Source: Alphaproteobacteria bacterium (GTDB taxonomy: Bacteria; Pseudomonadota; Alphaproteobacteria; GCA-2731375). Taken from it: DNA of 64,000 nt. Made by a program: the position numbers and the translations under genes. The stretch lies in contig CBDDPY010000002.1 in the NCBI GenBank assembly GCA_965232515.1, positions 2,016,001 through 2,080,000 of the forward strand, given 5' to 3'. A model generated the notes under the pieces. That model was not told where the DNA came from, ran no database searches, and saw nothing but the letters and a program-made list of their open reading frames with translations. Shown here piece after piece: positions 1-9,191 of this stretch. Each line of letters opens with the position of its first letter. Positions within the stretch are counted from its first letter, which is position 1.

Positions 1-93
1 CGCCGCCCGCTCGGCGACACCGACGACGGCCTGCGCGGTTTCGAGGTCGCGGACCCCGACGGCTACGTCCTGTTCTTCGGCCGGCCGCGATAG
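1..93 (+). CDS. 3' end of a VOC/glyoxalase (bleomycin-resistance) family protein, truncated by window edge
   Basis: Frame 1 translates [30 protein letters not shown], a typical VOC C-terminal G-x-R-x-F-x-x-x-DPDG motif. Confidence 0.75.
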   Translation, partial: RRPLGDTDDGLRGFEVADPDGYVLFFGRPR

Positions 94-173
94 ACAAACG
101 CTTCGGTACGCACCGAAGCATCGCGCGGCGGTCACGCGGCATCCTCCCGGTCATCGAAACCGAGGAGGACCCG

Positions 174-494
174 ATGATCACCTGTTTCATCCGGTACGAG
201 ATCGACCCGTTCAAGAAAGCCGCCTTCGAGCAGTACGCCCGCAACTGGGGCCAGGCGATCCCGCGCTGCGGCGCCGACCTGATCGGCTACTTCGCCCCGC
301 ACGAGGGCTCGAGCACGCTCGCTTACGGCGTCTACAACATCGACAGCCTGGCCGCTTACGAGGCCTACCGCACACGGCTCGCCGCCGACCCGCTCGGCCG
401 CGAAAACTACGATTTCGCGAAACGCGAAAAGTTCATCCGCCGCGAGGACCGCACCTTCCTGACCCTCGCCTCGGCCCCGCACGCACGGCCCTGA
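174..494 (+). CDS. NIPSNAP family protein
   Basis: 106 aa [14 protein letters not shown]...[10 protein letters not shown]...SLAAYEAYR; strong RBS GAGGAG upstream. Confidence 0.85.
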   Translation: MITCFIRYEIDPFKKAAFEQYARNWGQAIPRCGADLIGYFAPHEGSSTLAYGVYNIDSLAAYEAYRTRLAADPLGRENYDFAKREKFIRREDRTFLTLASAPHARP

Positions 495-529
495 CAAATG
501 GCCATCTCAAAGCCCTTCTTCGACGCCGT

Positions 530-617
530 TGGATGCCCGTGTCGAGCACGGGCATGACGGATTGAGGGATGATGGCATTATCCAATTCGTCGTTGCCGGG
601 CTTGACCCGGCAACCCA
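530..617. repeat. REP-like intergenic palindrome pair (family A)
   Basis: TGGATGCCCGTGTCGAGCACGGGCATGAC (530-558) and GTCGTTGCCGGGCTTGACCCGGCAACCCA (589-617) between convergent genes; related pair at 25400-25483. Confidence 0.7.
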
Positions 618-624
618 GCGCCAC

Positions 625-1332
625 CTAAAGCGTCCGGATGCCGAACATGTCGCGCAGGGCCTGCTCGCCCTGGCGCGTGACGGTCAGCGCGCGGCTGTCG
701 TCGATGCGCCGGACGAATTTCCGATCGAAGAAATGCCCGCAGATGGCGGCGCCGACGCGGCCGGCGAGATGCGGTCGGCGCTCACTCCAATCGAGGCACG
801 GCCGGCAGAACGCCCGCGCCGTCACGCGCCGGCCACGCGTCGCCGCCGCCAGATCGACGCCGATGTCCTCGAGGAACGCGACGCCCGCCTCCGACAACAT
901 CCCGGCCTCGTCGCCGAACTCGACCGCACCCCGGTCGATCAGCGCGTCGCTGATCGCGACGCCCAGCCGCCCGGCCAGGTGATCGTAACAGGTGCGCGCC
1001 TTGCGCATCGCCGCGTCGCGCGGACCGGTGGCGATCCTCCGCGCCGACGCTTCGGCCTTGGACGCGATCTGCATGATGCCTTCCAGCATGCGGGCGATCT
1101 CGGGCGAGGCCAGCCGGTGATAGCGGTGCCGGCCCTGCTTCTCCGCCGTCAAAAGCGCGGCCTCCGTCAACCGCGCCAGATGGCTGCTGGCCGTCTGCGG
1201 CGTCACACCGGCCGCGCGCGCCAACTCGCCCGCGGTCAGCGCCCGGCCGTCCATCAGCGCCACCAGCATGGCCGCGCGCGCCGGCTCGCCGACGACCAGG
1301 CCGATATTCGCGATCTGATTGGTATTGACCAT
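625..1332 (-). CDS. ArsR/SmtB family winged-HTH regulator
   Basis: EPARAAMLVALMDGRALTAGELA...TASSHL...QGRHRY; C-terminal ARTCYDHLAG and CLDWSERRPHLAG motifs. Confidence 0.9.
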   Translation of the reverse strand: MVNTNQIANIGLVVGEPARAAMLVALMDGRALTAGELARAAGVTPQTASSHLARLTEAALLTAEKQGRHRYHRLASPEIARMLEGIMQIASKAEASARRIATGPRDAAMRKARTCYDHLAGRLGVAISDALIDRGAVEFGDEAGMLSEAGVAFLEDIGVDLAAATRGRRVTARAFCRPCLDWSERRPHLAGRVGAAICGHFFDRKFVRRIDDSRALTVTRQGEQALRDMFGIRTL

Positions 1333-1506
1333 GCGTCACCTCCGTGTCGGGCCCCCAGGTTAGCACCCGGCATCATCCGAATAGTACGATCCCGGCCGAA
1401 GTATCGTCACCGATTCCGTCCCGGCGATTGGCTGTTGATCTCTCGGCCGAGACATGGGATGGGTCCGGCCCCGGTAATCGATCTATCACGCACGGAAAAC
1501 GGTGCC

Positions 1507-2037
1507 ATGAGCCAGCGGCTGGCGCTCTACACTTTCGGCGTCTTCATCGAGCGCGCCGAACACCCCGCGAACGACGGCTTCCATCGGCGGAACGACCCGA
1601 TCCTGGCGGCCGTCGAGCGGGCGCCGGGCTTCATCGCGCGCTCCGGCTATGCCGGCGATCCCGGACCCGCGAGCTGGGGACCGGAAACCTATCCGGCGTT
1701 CTACAACGAGCGCGGCGACGGCTGGTCGCCGGCGACGCTGTCGCTCTGGGAAGACCTGGAATCGCCCATGGCCTTCAGCTATTTCGGCCTGCACGCCGAG
1801 GCTTTGGCCCACGGCCGCGAGTGGTTCCACAAGCCCGAATGGCCGCCCTACGCCCTGTGGTGGGTCGACGGCGACGTCCGGCCGAACTGGCGCGACGCGG
1901 TGGCGCGGCACGCGCATCTGCACGAACACGGCCCCACCGCCCACGCCTTCAACTTCAAACGCCCGTTCGACGCGTCGGGCCAACCCGCCCACATCGACCG
2001 CGACAAGGTTAAGGCGCTTACGGCCGGCAACGGCTAG
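1507..2037 (+). CDS. DUF3291 domain protein
   Basis: AERAPGFIAR-like segment, TLSLWEDLES..AFSY.GLHAEAL...EWF, ALWWV, HGPTAHAFNF; ATG at 1507 within the long 529..2037 ORF; divergent from the ArsR gene. Confidence 0.8.
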   Translation: MSQRLALYTFGVFIERAEHPANDGFHRRNDPILAAVERAPGFIARSGYAGDPGPASWGPETYPAFYNERGDGWSPATLSLWEDLESPMAFSYFGLHAEALAHGREWFHKPEWPPYALWWVDGDVRPNWRDAVARHAHLHEHGPTAHAFNFKRPFDASGQPAHIDRDKVKALTAGNG

Positions 2038-2495
2038 AAGAGAACGGTTACGCCCTCACCCTGTATACGCATGCCGCTGTAGAGCCGCATGACCGTCGCG
2101 TCCAGGTCGGTCTGCACGCACCGCGCGACGGCGTCCCATTGGTGCGCCTTCACCTGGCGCGGCACGATGAACGACGCGGCGGCGATGACCTCGTCGTCGA
2201 CCATCAGACGCGCATTGCGGAACCACTTGTTGATCCCGACCTCGTCGATACCGGGACCCGGCGTGCGGAAGCCGCATAGGGCGAGCCGGCCGTCCTTGTC
2301 GAACCGACGCACGAAAACATCGGTCTTGGTTCCCGTCTTGTCGGCGCCCCAATACACCGTCAGTTTCGTATAGAGCGGATACGCCCGCTCGCTTTCCAAC
2401 GGTGTGAGGCTCGGGCCGCCTTGCCCGCCGGACTGGCAGGCGGATAAGACCAATGTCATCGCCGCCGCCAGAAACAACTCGCGAAAACTCCGCAT
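2034..2495 (-). CDS. Hypothetical lipoprotein
   Basis: MRSFRELFLAAAMTLVLSAC lipobox (LSAC); GGAGGG RBS upstream; 3' part of the 2034..3320 ORF. Confidence 0.65.
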   Translation of the reverse strand: MRSFRELFLAAAMTLVLSACQSGGQGGPSLTPLESERAYPLYTKLTVYWGADKTGTKTDVFVRRFDKDGRLALCGFRTPGPGIDEVGINKWFRNARLMVDDEVIAAASFIVPRQVKAHQWDAVARCVQTDLDATVMRLYSGMRIQGEGVTVLF

Positions 2496-2557
2496 GACCC
2501 CTCCATTCCCGCGTGAAGGGTATCGCGGATACAACCATGCGGCAAATCGCCTTCGAT

Positions 2558-3295
2558 TTACTCGCTGACCTTTAGCTGATCGGGCACCGCCGAGATATAG
2601 GTGAAGTCGAGCAAATGCTTGCGGTTGAAGGCGCCGATCTGCTTCAAAATGTCGGGATTCTGCTTGCGGAAGCGTTCGCCCTGCGCCGCGTTGTCGTAGT
2701 GAATGACGACCACCTCGTCCGGCGTCGGCACGCCGACGGCGCGCAGGCCCGCGACCATCGCCTCGGTACGCCAGGCGTCCTGCCGTCCGGCGGCCTCGGC
2801 ATTGATGCGGTTCAGATCGCTGTCGCGGCGGTCCGGATCGATGTTGTTGTAACGGCTGAGCTTGAAGACGTAAGCGCGCGCGCCCTGCGCTTCCGGTCCG
2901 GTCTTGCCGGCATCGCCAAAGACGAGCGGCCCCTCGACGGCGATGGCGTCGTTGTCCGCGGCCAGGATCGGCGCCAGCGCCTGCCGATGCTGCACGCTGT
3001 CCAGCACCTCCGCCCGGCAGGCGAACAGCACGAAACGCTCCGGCGCGCCGATATCCAGATTGCCCTGCGTGCCGGCCACGGCGCCCTGACGCCACGGGCT
3101 GCAGCCCTGATCCGCCAGATCCGGCAGCGCCGCGTCGACATCGGCGCGTTGGGCCTCGGCGTGCAACAGCAGCATCGCCCGGCCCCGGTCCTGCGACATG
3201 GCCGACGACGCGCTCAAAAGCATTATCGAAGCGGCAACGACGGCCGATACCCGGGGTCCGGTGCCGATCCGTCGGCGCGATTTGAACTGGCGCAT
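2558..3295 (-). CDS. Exported hypothetical protein (possible dimeric alpha/beta barrel)
   Basis: Signal-like segment VSAVVAASIMLLSASSAMS; AAGGAGA RBS; divergent from LysR. Confidence 0.6.
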   Translation of the reverse strand: MRQFKSRRRIGTGPRVSAVVAASIMLLSASSAMSQDRGRAMLLLHAEAQRADVDAALPDLADQGCSPWRQGAVAGTQGNLDIGAPERFVLFACRAEVLDSVQHRQALAPILAADNDAIAVEGPLVFGDAGKTGPEAQGARAYVFKLSRYNNIDPDRRDSDLNRINAEAAGRQDAWRTEAMVAGLRAVGVPTPDEVVVIHYDNAAQGERFRKQNPDILKQIGAFNRKHLLDFTYISAVPDQLKVSE

Positions 3296-3412
3296 GAATG
3301 ATCTCCTTTTCCAAAGGCACATCGATATGTGGTGCGAATACGCGCCATTATTCGCCGAGAATGCCGTCCGTCACGGTGTTCTTTCGATCCATATTGGTGC
3401 ATAAACGCACCA

Positions 3413-4306
3413 ATGAAGGACTGGGACGACTACCGCCTGGCCCTGGCGCTGCAGCGCGCCGGCTCGATCCGCGGCGCGGCGCAGAGCCTCGGAGTCAACC
3501 ACGCCACGGTCTCGCGGCGGCTCGCGGCCCTGAACGACCGCCTGGGCGGGCCGGCGTTCGAGCGCGTCGGCGGCGGTTATCGGCCGACCAGCCACGGCCA
3601 GCCGCTCATCGACGCCGCCCTCGCCATGGAGGACGCGGTCTACGCCGCCGAGCGCGACGCCATGGGCCGAGAGCGGGCCATGCGGGGGCCGCTCACCCTG
3701 TCGCTGCCCGACACCGTCGCCGAGCACCTGCTGATGAACGAGCTCGGCCAGTTCGCCGAACGGTTTCCCGATATCCAGCTCACCATCCACACGTCTTACG
3801 GTTTCGCGGACCTCGATCATCGCGAGGCCGATCTGGTGGTGCGGATCAGCAACGACCCGCCGGCGCATCTGGTCGGCCGTCGCCTGTTCAAGTACGCCCG
3901 TTGCGCCTATGCCACGCCCGGCTATCTCGCCGACCGCCAGCCGGATCGACGGCATTGGCTCGGCTGGCCGGACGACGCCGAACGCCCCGACTGGGTTTGC
4001 GATTCCATCTGCCCGGAGACGCCAATCGGTCTGCGAGTCGAGCACCCGCTGGTCCGCCATGCCGCGGCACGCGCCGGCCACGGCCTCATTTTCGAAGCGT
4101 GTTTCGTCGCCGACCCCGATCCGCTCTTGGTCCGCCTGCCGGGCGCCCGCCCCGAACCCGACCGGGATATCTGGGTGCTGACCCACCCCGACCTCAAGGA
4201 CACACCCAAGGTCAAAGCCCTGTCGCGGTTCCTAACCGATGCGATATCGGCTAAACGCGATCTGATCGAAGGCCATCTGCCCGCTGCTGCCCAATCGGCA
4301 GGCTGA
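3413..4306 (+). CDS. LysR family transcriptional regulator
   Basis: MKDWDDYRLALALQRAGSIRGAAQSLGVNHATVSRRL HTH; DLDHREADLVVR; WVLTHPDL. Confidence 0.92.
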   Translation: MKDWDDYRLALALQRAGSIRGAAQSLGVNHATVSRRLAALNDRLGGPAFERVGGGYRPTSHGQPLIDAALAMEDAVYAAERDAMGRERAMRGPLTLSLPDTVAEHLLMNELGQFAERFPDIQLTIHTSYGFADLDHREADLVVRISNDPPAHLVGRRLFKYARCAYATPGYLADRQPDRRHWLGWPDDAERPDWVCDSICPETPIGLRVEHPLVRHAAARAGHGLIFEACFVADPDPLLVRLPGARPEPDRDIWVLTHPDLKDTPKVKALSRFLTDAISAKRDLIEGHLPAAAQSAG

Positions 4307-4408
4307 CATCCTCCCGCCAACGGATACCGGCTGCTCGCATACAATTAGCTTGTAGACAAGATAATTGTATGCGACTTAAAATTCCCCCTGTCAATGTGAG
4401 GTCACGGC

Positions 4409-4849
4409 ATGGAGCGCCTCGAGGACTGCATCAGTTTCCTGGTCGGCAAGGCGGCACAGCAGGTCGCCCGGCGAGCGCGCGAGCGGCTGGCCCACCACGG
4501 CGTCACGCCGGCGCAGTACGCGCTGCTGAAGCTGCTCTGGGAGCGGGACGGACAGAGCGGTGCCGAGCTCGGCGCGCGCCTCGTGCTCGACAGCGCCACC
4601 ATGACCGGCCTCGCCGACCGCCTGGCCGCCGCCGGCATGATCGAACGCCGCGCCGATGACGGGGACCGACGTGTGCAGCGCCTGTTCCTGACCGCCGCTG
4701 GCCGCACCCTCGAGGCCCCGCTCGACGCCGAGATGGACGCCCTCAATGACGCGGCCCGCGGGATCCTCGGCTCGCGTGCGCCCGGCGTCTGGGCGGCCCT
4801 GCGCCGGCTCGGCGATCCTAGCGCCGAATGGGAGGCATCGGCGCCATGA
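4409..4849 (+). CDS. MarR family transcriptional regulator
   Basis: GVTPAQYALL..LW..DG; LDSATMTGLADRL; DRRVQRLFLT..G. Confidence 0.9.
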   Translation: MERLEDCISFLVGKAAQQVARRARERLAHHGVTPAQYALLKLLWERDGQSGAELGARLVLDSATMTGLADRLAAAGMIERRADDGDRRVQRLFLTAAGRTLEAPLDAEMDALNDAARGILGSRAPGVWAALRRLGDPSAEWEASAP

Positions 4850-5256
4850 TCTTCGACACCAAGATCGCGATTCTCCTGCGCGACGACCTCGCCGTCTGGC
4901 AGAAGCTGAATGTCACGGCGTTCTTGATGAGCGGCATCGTCGGCGACAGCCCCGAGCTGATCGGCGAGGCCTACGCGGACGCCGACGGCAACCGCTACAA
5001 CCCGCTCGTCATCCAGCCGGTCATCGTGCTCGCCAGCGACGCGGCCGGCCTCCGGAAGATCTACACCAGGGCCATGGGCCGGAACGTCCGTCTCTCGCTC
5101 TATACCGAAGAGATGTTCCAGACCGGTCACGACGCCGCCAACCGCGCGGCCGTGCGGAATGTCGCCGCCGACGACCTCGCCATCGTCGGCCTGGCGCTGC
5201 GCGACGACAAGAAGACCGTCGACAAGATCACCAAGGGCGCCAAGCTGCACGCCTGA
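4846..5256 (+). CDS. DUF2000 family protein
   Basis: FDTKIAILLRDDLAVWQKLNVTAFL...TGHDAANR...VGLALR...VDKITKG; ATGA overlap with marR stop. Confidence 0.8.
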   Translation: MIFDTKIAILLRDDLAVWQKLNVTAFLMSGIVGDSPELIGEAYADADGNRYNPLVIQPVIVLASDAAGLRKIYTRAMGRNVRLSLYTEEMFQTGHDAANRAAVRNVAADDLAIVGLALRDDKKTVDKITKGAKLHA

Positions 5257-5340
5257 ACCGCCTCCGCCAATTCGGCGTTTCAAAGCCCGAAAGTTCCTCT
5301 ACGGTTGGCCGCCCCAGGGCGACCAGCGACGGAGCGCGAC

Positions 5341-5673
5341 ATGGCGAAGGCGAAGAAATCCGACGACCTCTATGTGCACCTGCCGGACGGCTTGACGTCA
5401 GATCAGGTCGCGGCCGTGGTCGAACGGGCGGCGGCAGCCGTCGGCCTCTACATCTCCCATATCGGCGGCTATTCGCGGAAGAAGTATCCCGGCGCCGTGC
5501 ATTGGCACTTCAAGCGCGACAAGAAGGAGCCGGGCCTGATCGACGCCACCTACCTCGATTTCAAGGCCCTGCTCTGGCTGATGATCCGCCACCGGGAACC
5601 GGACTGGGTCCACAAGACGGCGCCGTTGCTGCAACGCGCCCTACAACGCGAGATCGCCGCCTGTTCGACCTGA
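5341..5673 (+). CDS. Hypothetical protein
   Basis: GGAG RBS before MAKAKKSDD; high-GC codon usage. Confidence 0.6.
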   Translation: MAKAKKSDDLYVHLPDGLTSDQVAAVVERAAAAVGLYISHIGGYSRKKYPGAVHWHFKRDKKEPGLIDATYLDFKALLWLMIRHREPDWVHKTAPLLQRALQREIAACST

Positions 5674-5686
5674 GGGACGTCTCTTC

Positions 5687-6199
5687 TCAATCCGCCTGCG
5701 GCAACGGCAAGCGGGCCAGCAGTTGGTCGACGCACTGCTCGACGGACCGGCCGGCGGTATCGATCACAATGCGGTCGCGGTTCCAGGACTGATAGTCGCG
5801 GTCGAGAACGTCCTGCCAGTTCGGCAGTTTCAGGCCGGTGATGTCAGATTGGCGGCTTTCGATCCGCCGCCGGTGCTCGGCTGGATCGGAACAGACCACT
5901 TCCACCTCGATGCCGTCTTGTCCCGCCTTCACCGCCGTTTGCCGCCAGGCATCCCGGGTCAGATCGATGGGATTGACCGAGTCCGCGATCACCGTCCGGC
6001 CAAGGCGCAGATTGTCTTCCGCCAGGACGTAGCCGACCTGATAGCCGGCATCTTCGGCTGGATGAATCTTGAGATAGGACTCGGCCAGCGCCCGCTCGAT
6101 GCGATCGATGCGGAGAAACACGGCGTCGAGACGCCGCGCCAGCTCGTTGGCGAGCGTGGTCTTACCGGTCCCGGGCAGGCCCGCGAAAATCACCAGCAC
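5687..6199 (-). CDS. AAA_33-type P-loop kinase/ATPase
   Basis: GLPGTGKTT Walker A; VIADSVNP; CSDPAEHRRR. Confidence 0.85.
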   Translation of the reverse strand: MLVIFAGLPGTGKTTLANELARRLDAVFLRIDRIERALAESYLKIHPAEDAGYQVGYVLAEDNLRLGRTVIADSVNPIDLTRDAWRQTAVKAGQDGIEVEVVCSDPAEHRRRIESRQSDITGLKLPNWQDVLDRDYQSWNRDRIVIDTAGRSVEQCVDQLLARLPLPQAD

Positions 6200-6279
6200 A
6201 CGACGGCTCCGAATACCCCATCCGCGCGAAACCCTAAGTCGGCCGCCGACGTTTGTCGAACGGCGTGCGATAGTAAGGC

Positions 6280-6834
6280 ATGACGCACGCGCTGATCATT
6301 ATCGACATGCAACTCGGTTCGTTCGGACCCGAAACGCCGCGCCATGACGCCGACGGCGTGGTGCAACGTCTGAACGACCTGGCCAAGCGAACGCGCGCCC
6401 AAGACGGCGCGGTCGTTTACGTGCAACACGATGGCCCGCCCGGCGATCCGCACGCGCCGGACGCACCCGGCTGGCAGGTGCTGCCGGCACTCGACCGCCG
6501 CGACGCCGACCTGTCCGTGCGCAAAACCACCAACGATTCGTTCCACGACACCGATCTCGAGGCCCTGCTGCGCGCGCGTGGCATCTCACGGCTGGTGCTG
6601 ACCGGCTGCGCCACCGACTTCTGCGTCGATTCCACGATCCGCGCGGCCGTCAGCCGGCGCTTCGAGATCTGCGTGCCGGCCGACGGCCACACCACCGCCG
6701 ACCGGCCGCACCTGACGGCCGCGCAGATCATCCGGCACCACAATTATGTCTGGGCCGATCTGTTCACGCCCACCAAGCCGGTGCGGGTCGCGCCCACCAC
6801 CGACCTGCTGGCGGCGGGCCTGTTCGGCAAATAG
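6280..6834 (+). CDS. Isochorismatase/cysteine hydrolase family protein
   Basis: ALIIIDMQ, VRKTTNDSF, GCATDFCVDST, DGHTT. Confidence 0.9.
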   Translation: MTHALIIIDMQLGSFGPETPRHDADGVVQRLNDLAKRTRAQDGAVVYVQHDGPPGDPHAPDAPGWQVLPALDRRDADLSVRKTTNDSFHDTDLEALLRARGISRLVLTGCATDFCVDSTIRAAVSRRFEICVPADGHTTADRPHLTAAQIIRHHNYVWADLFTPTKPVRVAPTTDLLAAGLFGK

Positions 6835-6936
6835 GACGTCAGACCTTGCCGCGCCCATCCCTGCCGGTTTAGAAGCCGGAATGGATTCCAGCGCCGGAGC
6901 CGGCGACTGGATGTCGTAGCGTTCCGAGGGGGTCGA

Positions 6937-7926
6937 ATGGATCAATTGCTGGCCTTGGCGGCGACGAACCTGCTGTCGCCGATGGTGCTGTTCTTCGTGC
7001 TCGGCTTCGCCGCCGCCATGGCGCGGTCCGAGCTGTCGATACCCGAAGCCGTCGCCAAGGGCATGTCGATTTACCTGCTGCTCGCCATCGGCTTCAAGGG
7101 CGGGGCCGGCGTCGCCGCGCACGGCCTCGATGCCCGCGTCGCTATGACGCTGATCGCCGGCGGCCTGCTGTCGGCCCTGATCCCGCTCGTCGCCTTCGCC
7201 ATCCTGCGCGTGGTGTCGTCGCTGTCGCGCACCGACGCGGCGGCGGTGGCGGCGCATTACGGCTCGATCTCGATCGTCACCTTCGTCGCCGCGACCACCA
7301 TGCTGGACGCCGCCGGCATTGCCTACGAGGGCTACATGGTCGCCGTCGCCGCGGTGATGGAGGCGCCGGCGATCTTCACCGCGCTGCTGCTGGCCCGGCA
7401 CGGCAACGCTCATGTGGACCAGGGCAACGGCTCGCTCTTGCGCGAGATCCTGTTGAACGGCTCGATCGTGCTGCTGGTCGGCGCCTTCGTGATCGGCTGG
7501 ATCACCGGCCCCGACGGCCTGGCCCAGATCGAGAGCTTCGTCGTCTCGCCGTTCAAGGGCGTGCTCTGCCTGTTCCTGCTCGACATGGGCCTGCTGGCCG
7601 GTCGCGGCATGCGCCAGAGCGCGCGCCAGCTCGCCCTGCCCGTGATCCTGTTCGGCCTCGGCATGCCGCTCATCGGCGCGTCCTTCGGCCTGGCGGCGGC
7701 GCTGGCGATCGGCCTGTCGGTGGGCGGCGCCGCGGTGCTGGCGACGCTCGCCGCGTCCGCGTCCTATATTGCCGTGCCGGCCGCCATGCGCGTCGCCCTG
7801 CCCGAGGCGAACCCGTCGATTTATCTCACGCTGTCGCTCGGCGTGACGTTTCCCTTCAATCTGATGCTCGGCATCTCGATCTATCTCCTGGGCGCCGAGC
7901 TGCTGGTCGCGAGCGGAGGCGGTTAA
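6937..7926 (+). CDS. sbtA: Sodium-dependent bicarbonate transporter (SbtA family)
   Basis: LSPMVLFF, YLLLAIGFKGG, AAHYGSISIVTF, MEAPAI, FKGVLCLFLLDMG, ASASYIAVPAA, LGVTFPFN. Confidence 0.88.
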   Translation: MDQLLALAATNLLSPMVLFFVLGFAAAMARSELSIPEAVAKGMSIYLLLAIGFKGGAGVAAHGLDARVAMTLIAGGLLSALIPLVAFAILRVVSSLSRTDAAAVAAHYGSISIVTFVAATTMLDAAGIAYEGYMVAVAAVMEAPAIFTALLLARHGNAHVDQGNGSLLREILLNGSIVLLVGAFVIGWITGPDGLAQIESFVVSPFKGVLCLFLLDMGLLAGRGMRQSARQLALPVILFGLGMPLIGASFGLAAALAIGLSVGGAAVLATLAASASYIAVPAAMRVALPEANPSIYLTLSLGVTFPFNLMLGISIYLLGAELLVASGGG

Positions 7927-8237
7927 TGAAAACATACGATGCGAAACGTATCGAGATCGTCATCGAGGCGCCGTTGCTGGCGCGTCTGACCGACGCCCTC
8001 GATCGCGCCGGCGTCACCGGCTACACCGTGCTGCCAGTGCTCGCCGGCTCGGGCAAGTCCGGCCCCTGGACCCGCGAGGGCCAGGTCAGTGCCGCCGGTG
8101 GCATGGCCGCCGTGGTCTGCATCGTCGCGCCCGACCGCGCCGATTCCCTGCTCACCGCCGCCTTCGCCGTGGTCGAGCGTCATATCGGCATCGTCTCGGT
8201 GACGGACTGCCAGGTCGTCCGGCCCGAGCGCTTCTGA
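7926..8237 (+). CDS. sbtB: P-II-like regulator (SbtB family)
   Basis: KRIEIVIE...GVTGYTV...GSG...C-terminal VVRPERF; TAATG coupling to sbtA. Confidence 0.8.
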   Translation: MKTYDAKRIEIVIEAPLLARLTDALDRAGVTGYTVLPVLAGSGKSGPWTREGQVSAAGGMAAVVCIVAPDRADSLLTAAFAVVERHIGIVSVTDCQVVRPERF

Positions 8238-8274
8238 GCGGACGCTCATCGAGCGTCTATTTGGCTCGTGCAGG

Positions 8275-8346
8275 ACCGGCCCGCTCCCCCACCCAGCCAC
8301 CCAACGAGAGTATCCTATGGGTGGCCGGGTGGGGGAGCGGGCCGGT
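8275..8346. repeat. Long hairpin element, copy 1 (family B; 29-bp stem, one mismatch)
   Basis: ACCGGCCCGCTCCCCCACCCAGCCACCCA / TGGGTGGCCGGGTGGGGGAGCGGGCCGGT; homologous to 11024-11108. Confidence 0.85.
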
Positions 8347-8373
8347 GCAGACTCCGCGCGAGCGGGCAACAAA

Positions 8374-8778
8374 CTATTCAGCAACGGCGTCGTAGCCGGC
8401 GCCTAAAAACTGAATCAAGCAGAAGCCGTGCCCGAACGGGTCGGCGAAGCCGGCAAGACGGCCCCACTCATGCCGGCCGACCGCACCTTCCGGCACCGCG
8501 CCGGCGGCGAGTGCCCGCTCGATCGCGGCGTCGAGATCGTCGACAACGACATCGAAATGCACCGGCGTCCAGTGGCGGTCATAGTCGCGCGCGGCGCCGG
8601 CCGTCGCGGGCGTACCTGCCGCCTTCTCCAGCAGATGGATTTTCGTCGACCCCAGCGCCATCTCGGCGACGCTACCGTCGAACAGATGCCGCACGAAACG
8701 AACGCCGAGACCGACCTCGTAAAACGCGACCGCGCGCTTCAGATCGTCGACATCGATATTGACGATCAAACGCGCCAC
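8374..8778 (-). CDS. VOC/glyoxalase family protein
   Basis: NIDVDDL..AVAFY; RHWTPVHFDVVV; WGRLAGFADPFGHGFCLI. Confidence 0.88.
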   Translation of the reverse strand: MARLIVNIDVDDLKRAVAFYEVGLGVRFVRHLFDGSVAEMALGSTKIHLLEKAAGTPATAGAARDYDRHWTPVHFDVVVDDLDAAIERALAAGAVPEGAVGRHEWGRLAGFADPFGHGFCLIQFLGAGYDAVAE

Positions 8779-8788
8779 GCCGCAGTCC

Positions 8789-8878
8789 CTAGCCCAACCG
8801 CGCGTTGTCGATCGCGGCGGTGATCATGGCCTTGGCCTCGTCGGCATCGCCCCAGCGTTCGATCTTCACCCACTTGCC
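8789..8878 (-). pseudogene. Displaced duplicate of the ppa 3' end
   Basis: 8802-8878 matches 10458-10534 at 75/77 nt; translates [29 protein letters not shown]. Confidence 0.85.
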
Positions 8879-9191
8879 GGCCCCGACATCCTAAGCCTAA
8901 AACAGACAGCTTTCTTCATCGGCGGGCATCGCCGGGACCGCCGCAGGCCGCGAAAAAATCCGAACGGACGGGCGTGCCCCAACAACCATCTCGACGGCAC
9001 CAATAATATTAGGTGGATGAGCATAGAACCGCGCAACGAAGCGGGACGTAATGCCGCCGAACATTCAGCTTGCCCCGAGCAACTGAGTAATTGGTAATAT
9101 GCCAATAAGCGTTGGGACGTAGCACAGATTACGGGATTCCCTCACGACGGCACATTTCACTCTGGCGATCGAAATTGAAACGGAACACCAC

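Noticed and set aside
529-1506. N-terminal two-thirds of the 502-aa ORF 529..2037
   Set aside because: Antisense shadow of the ArsR gene; only the part from ATG 1507 looks like a real protein
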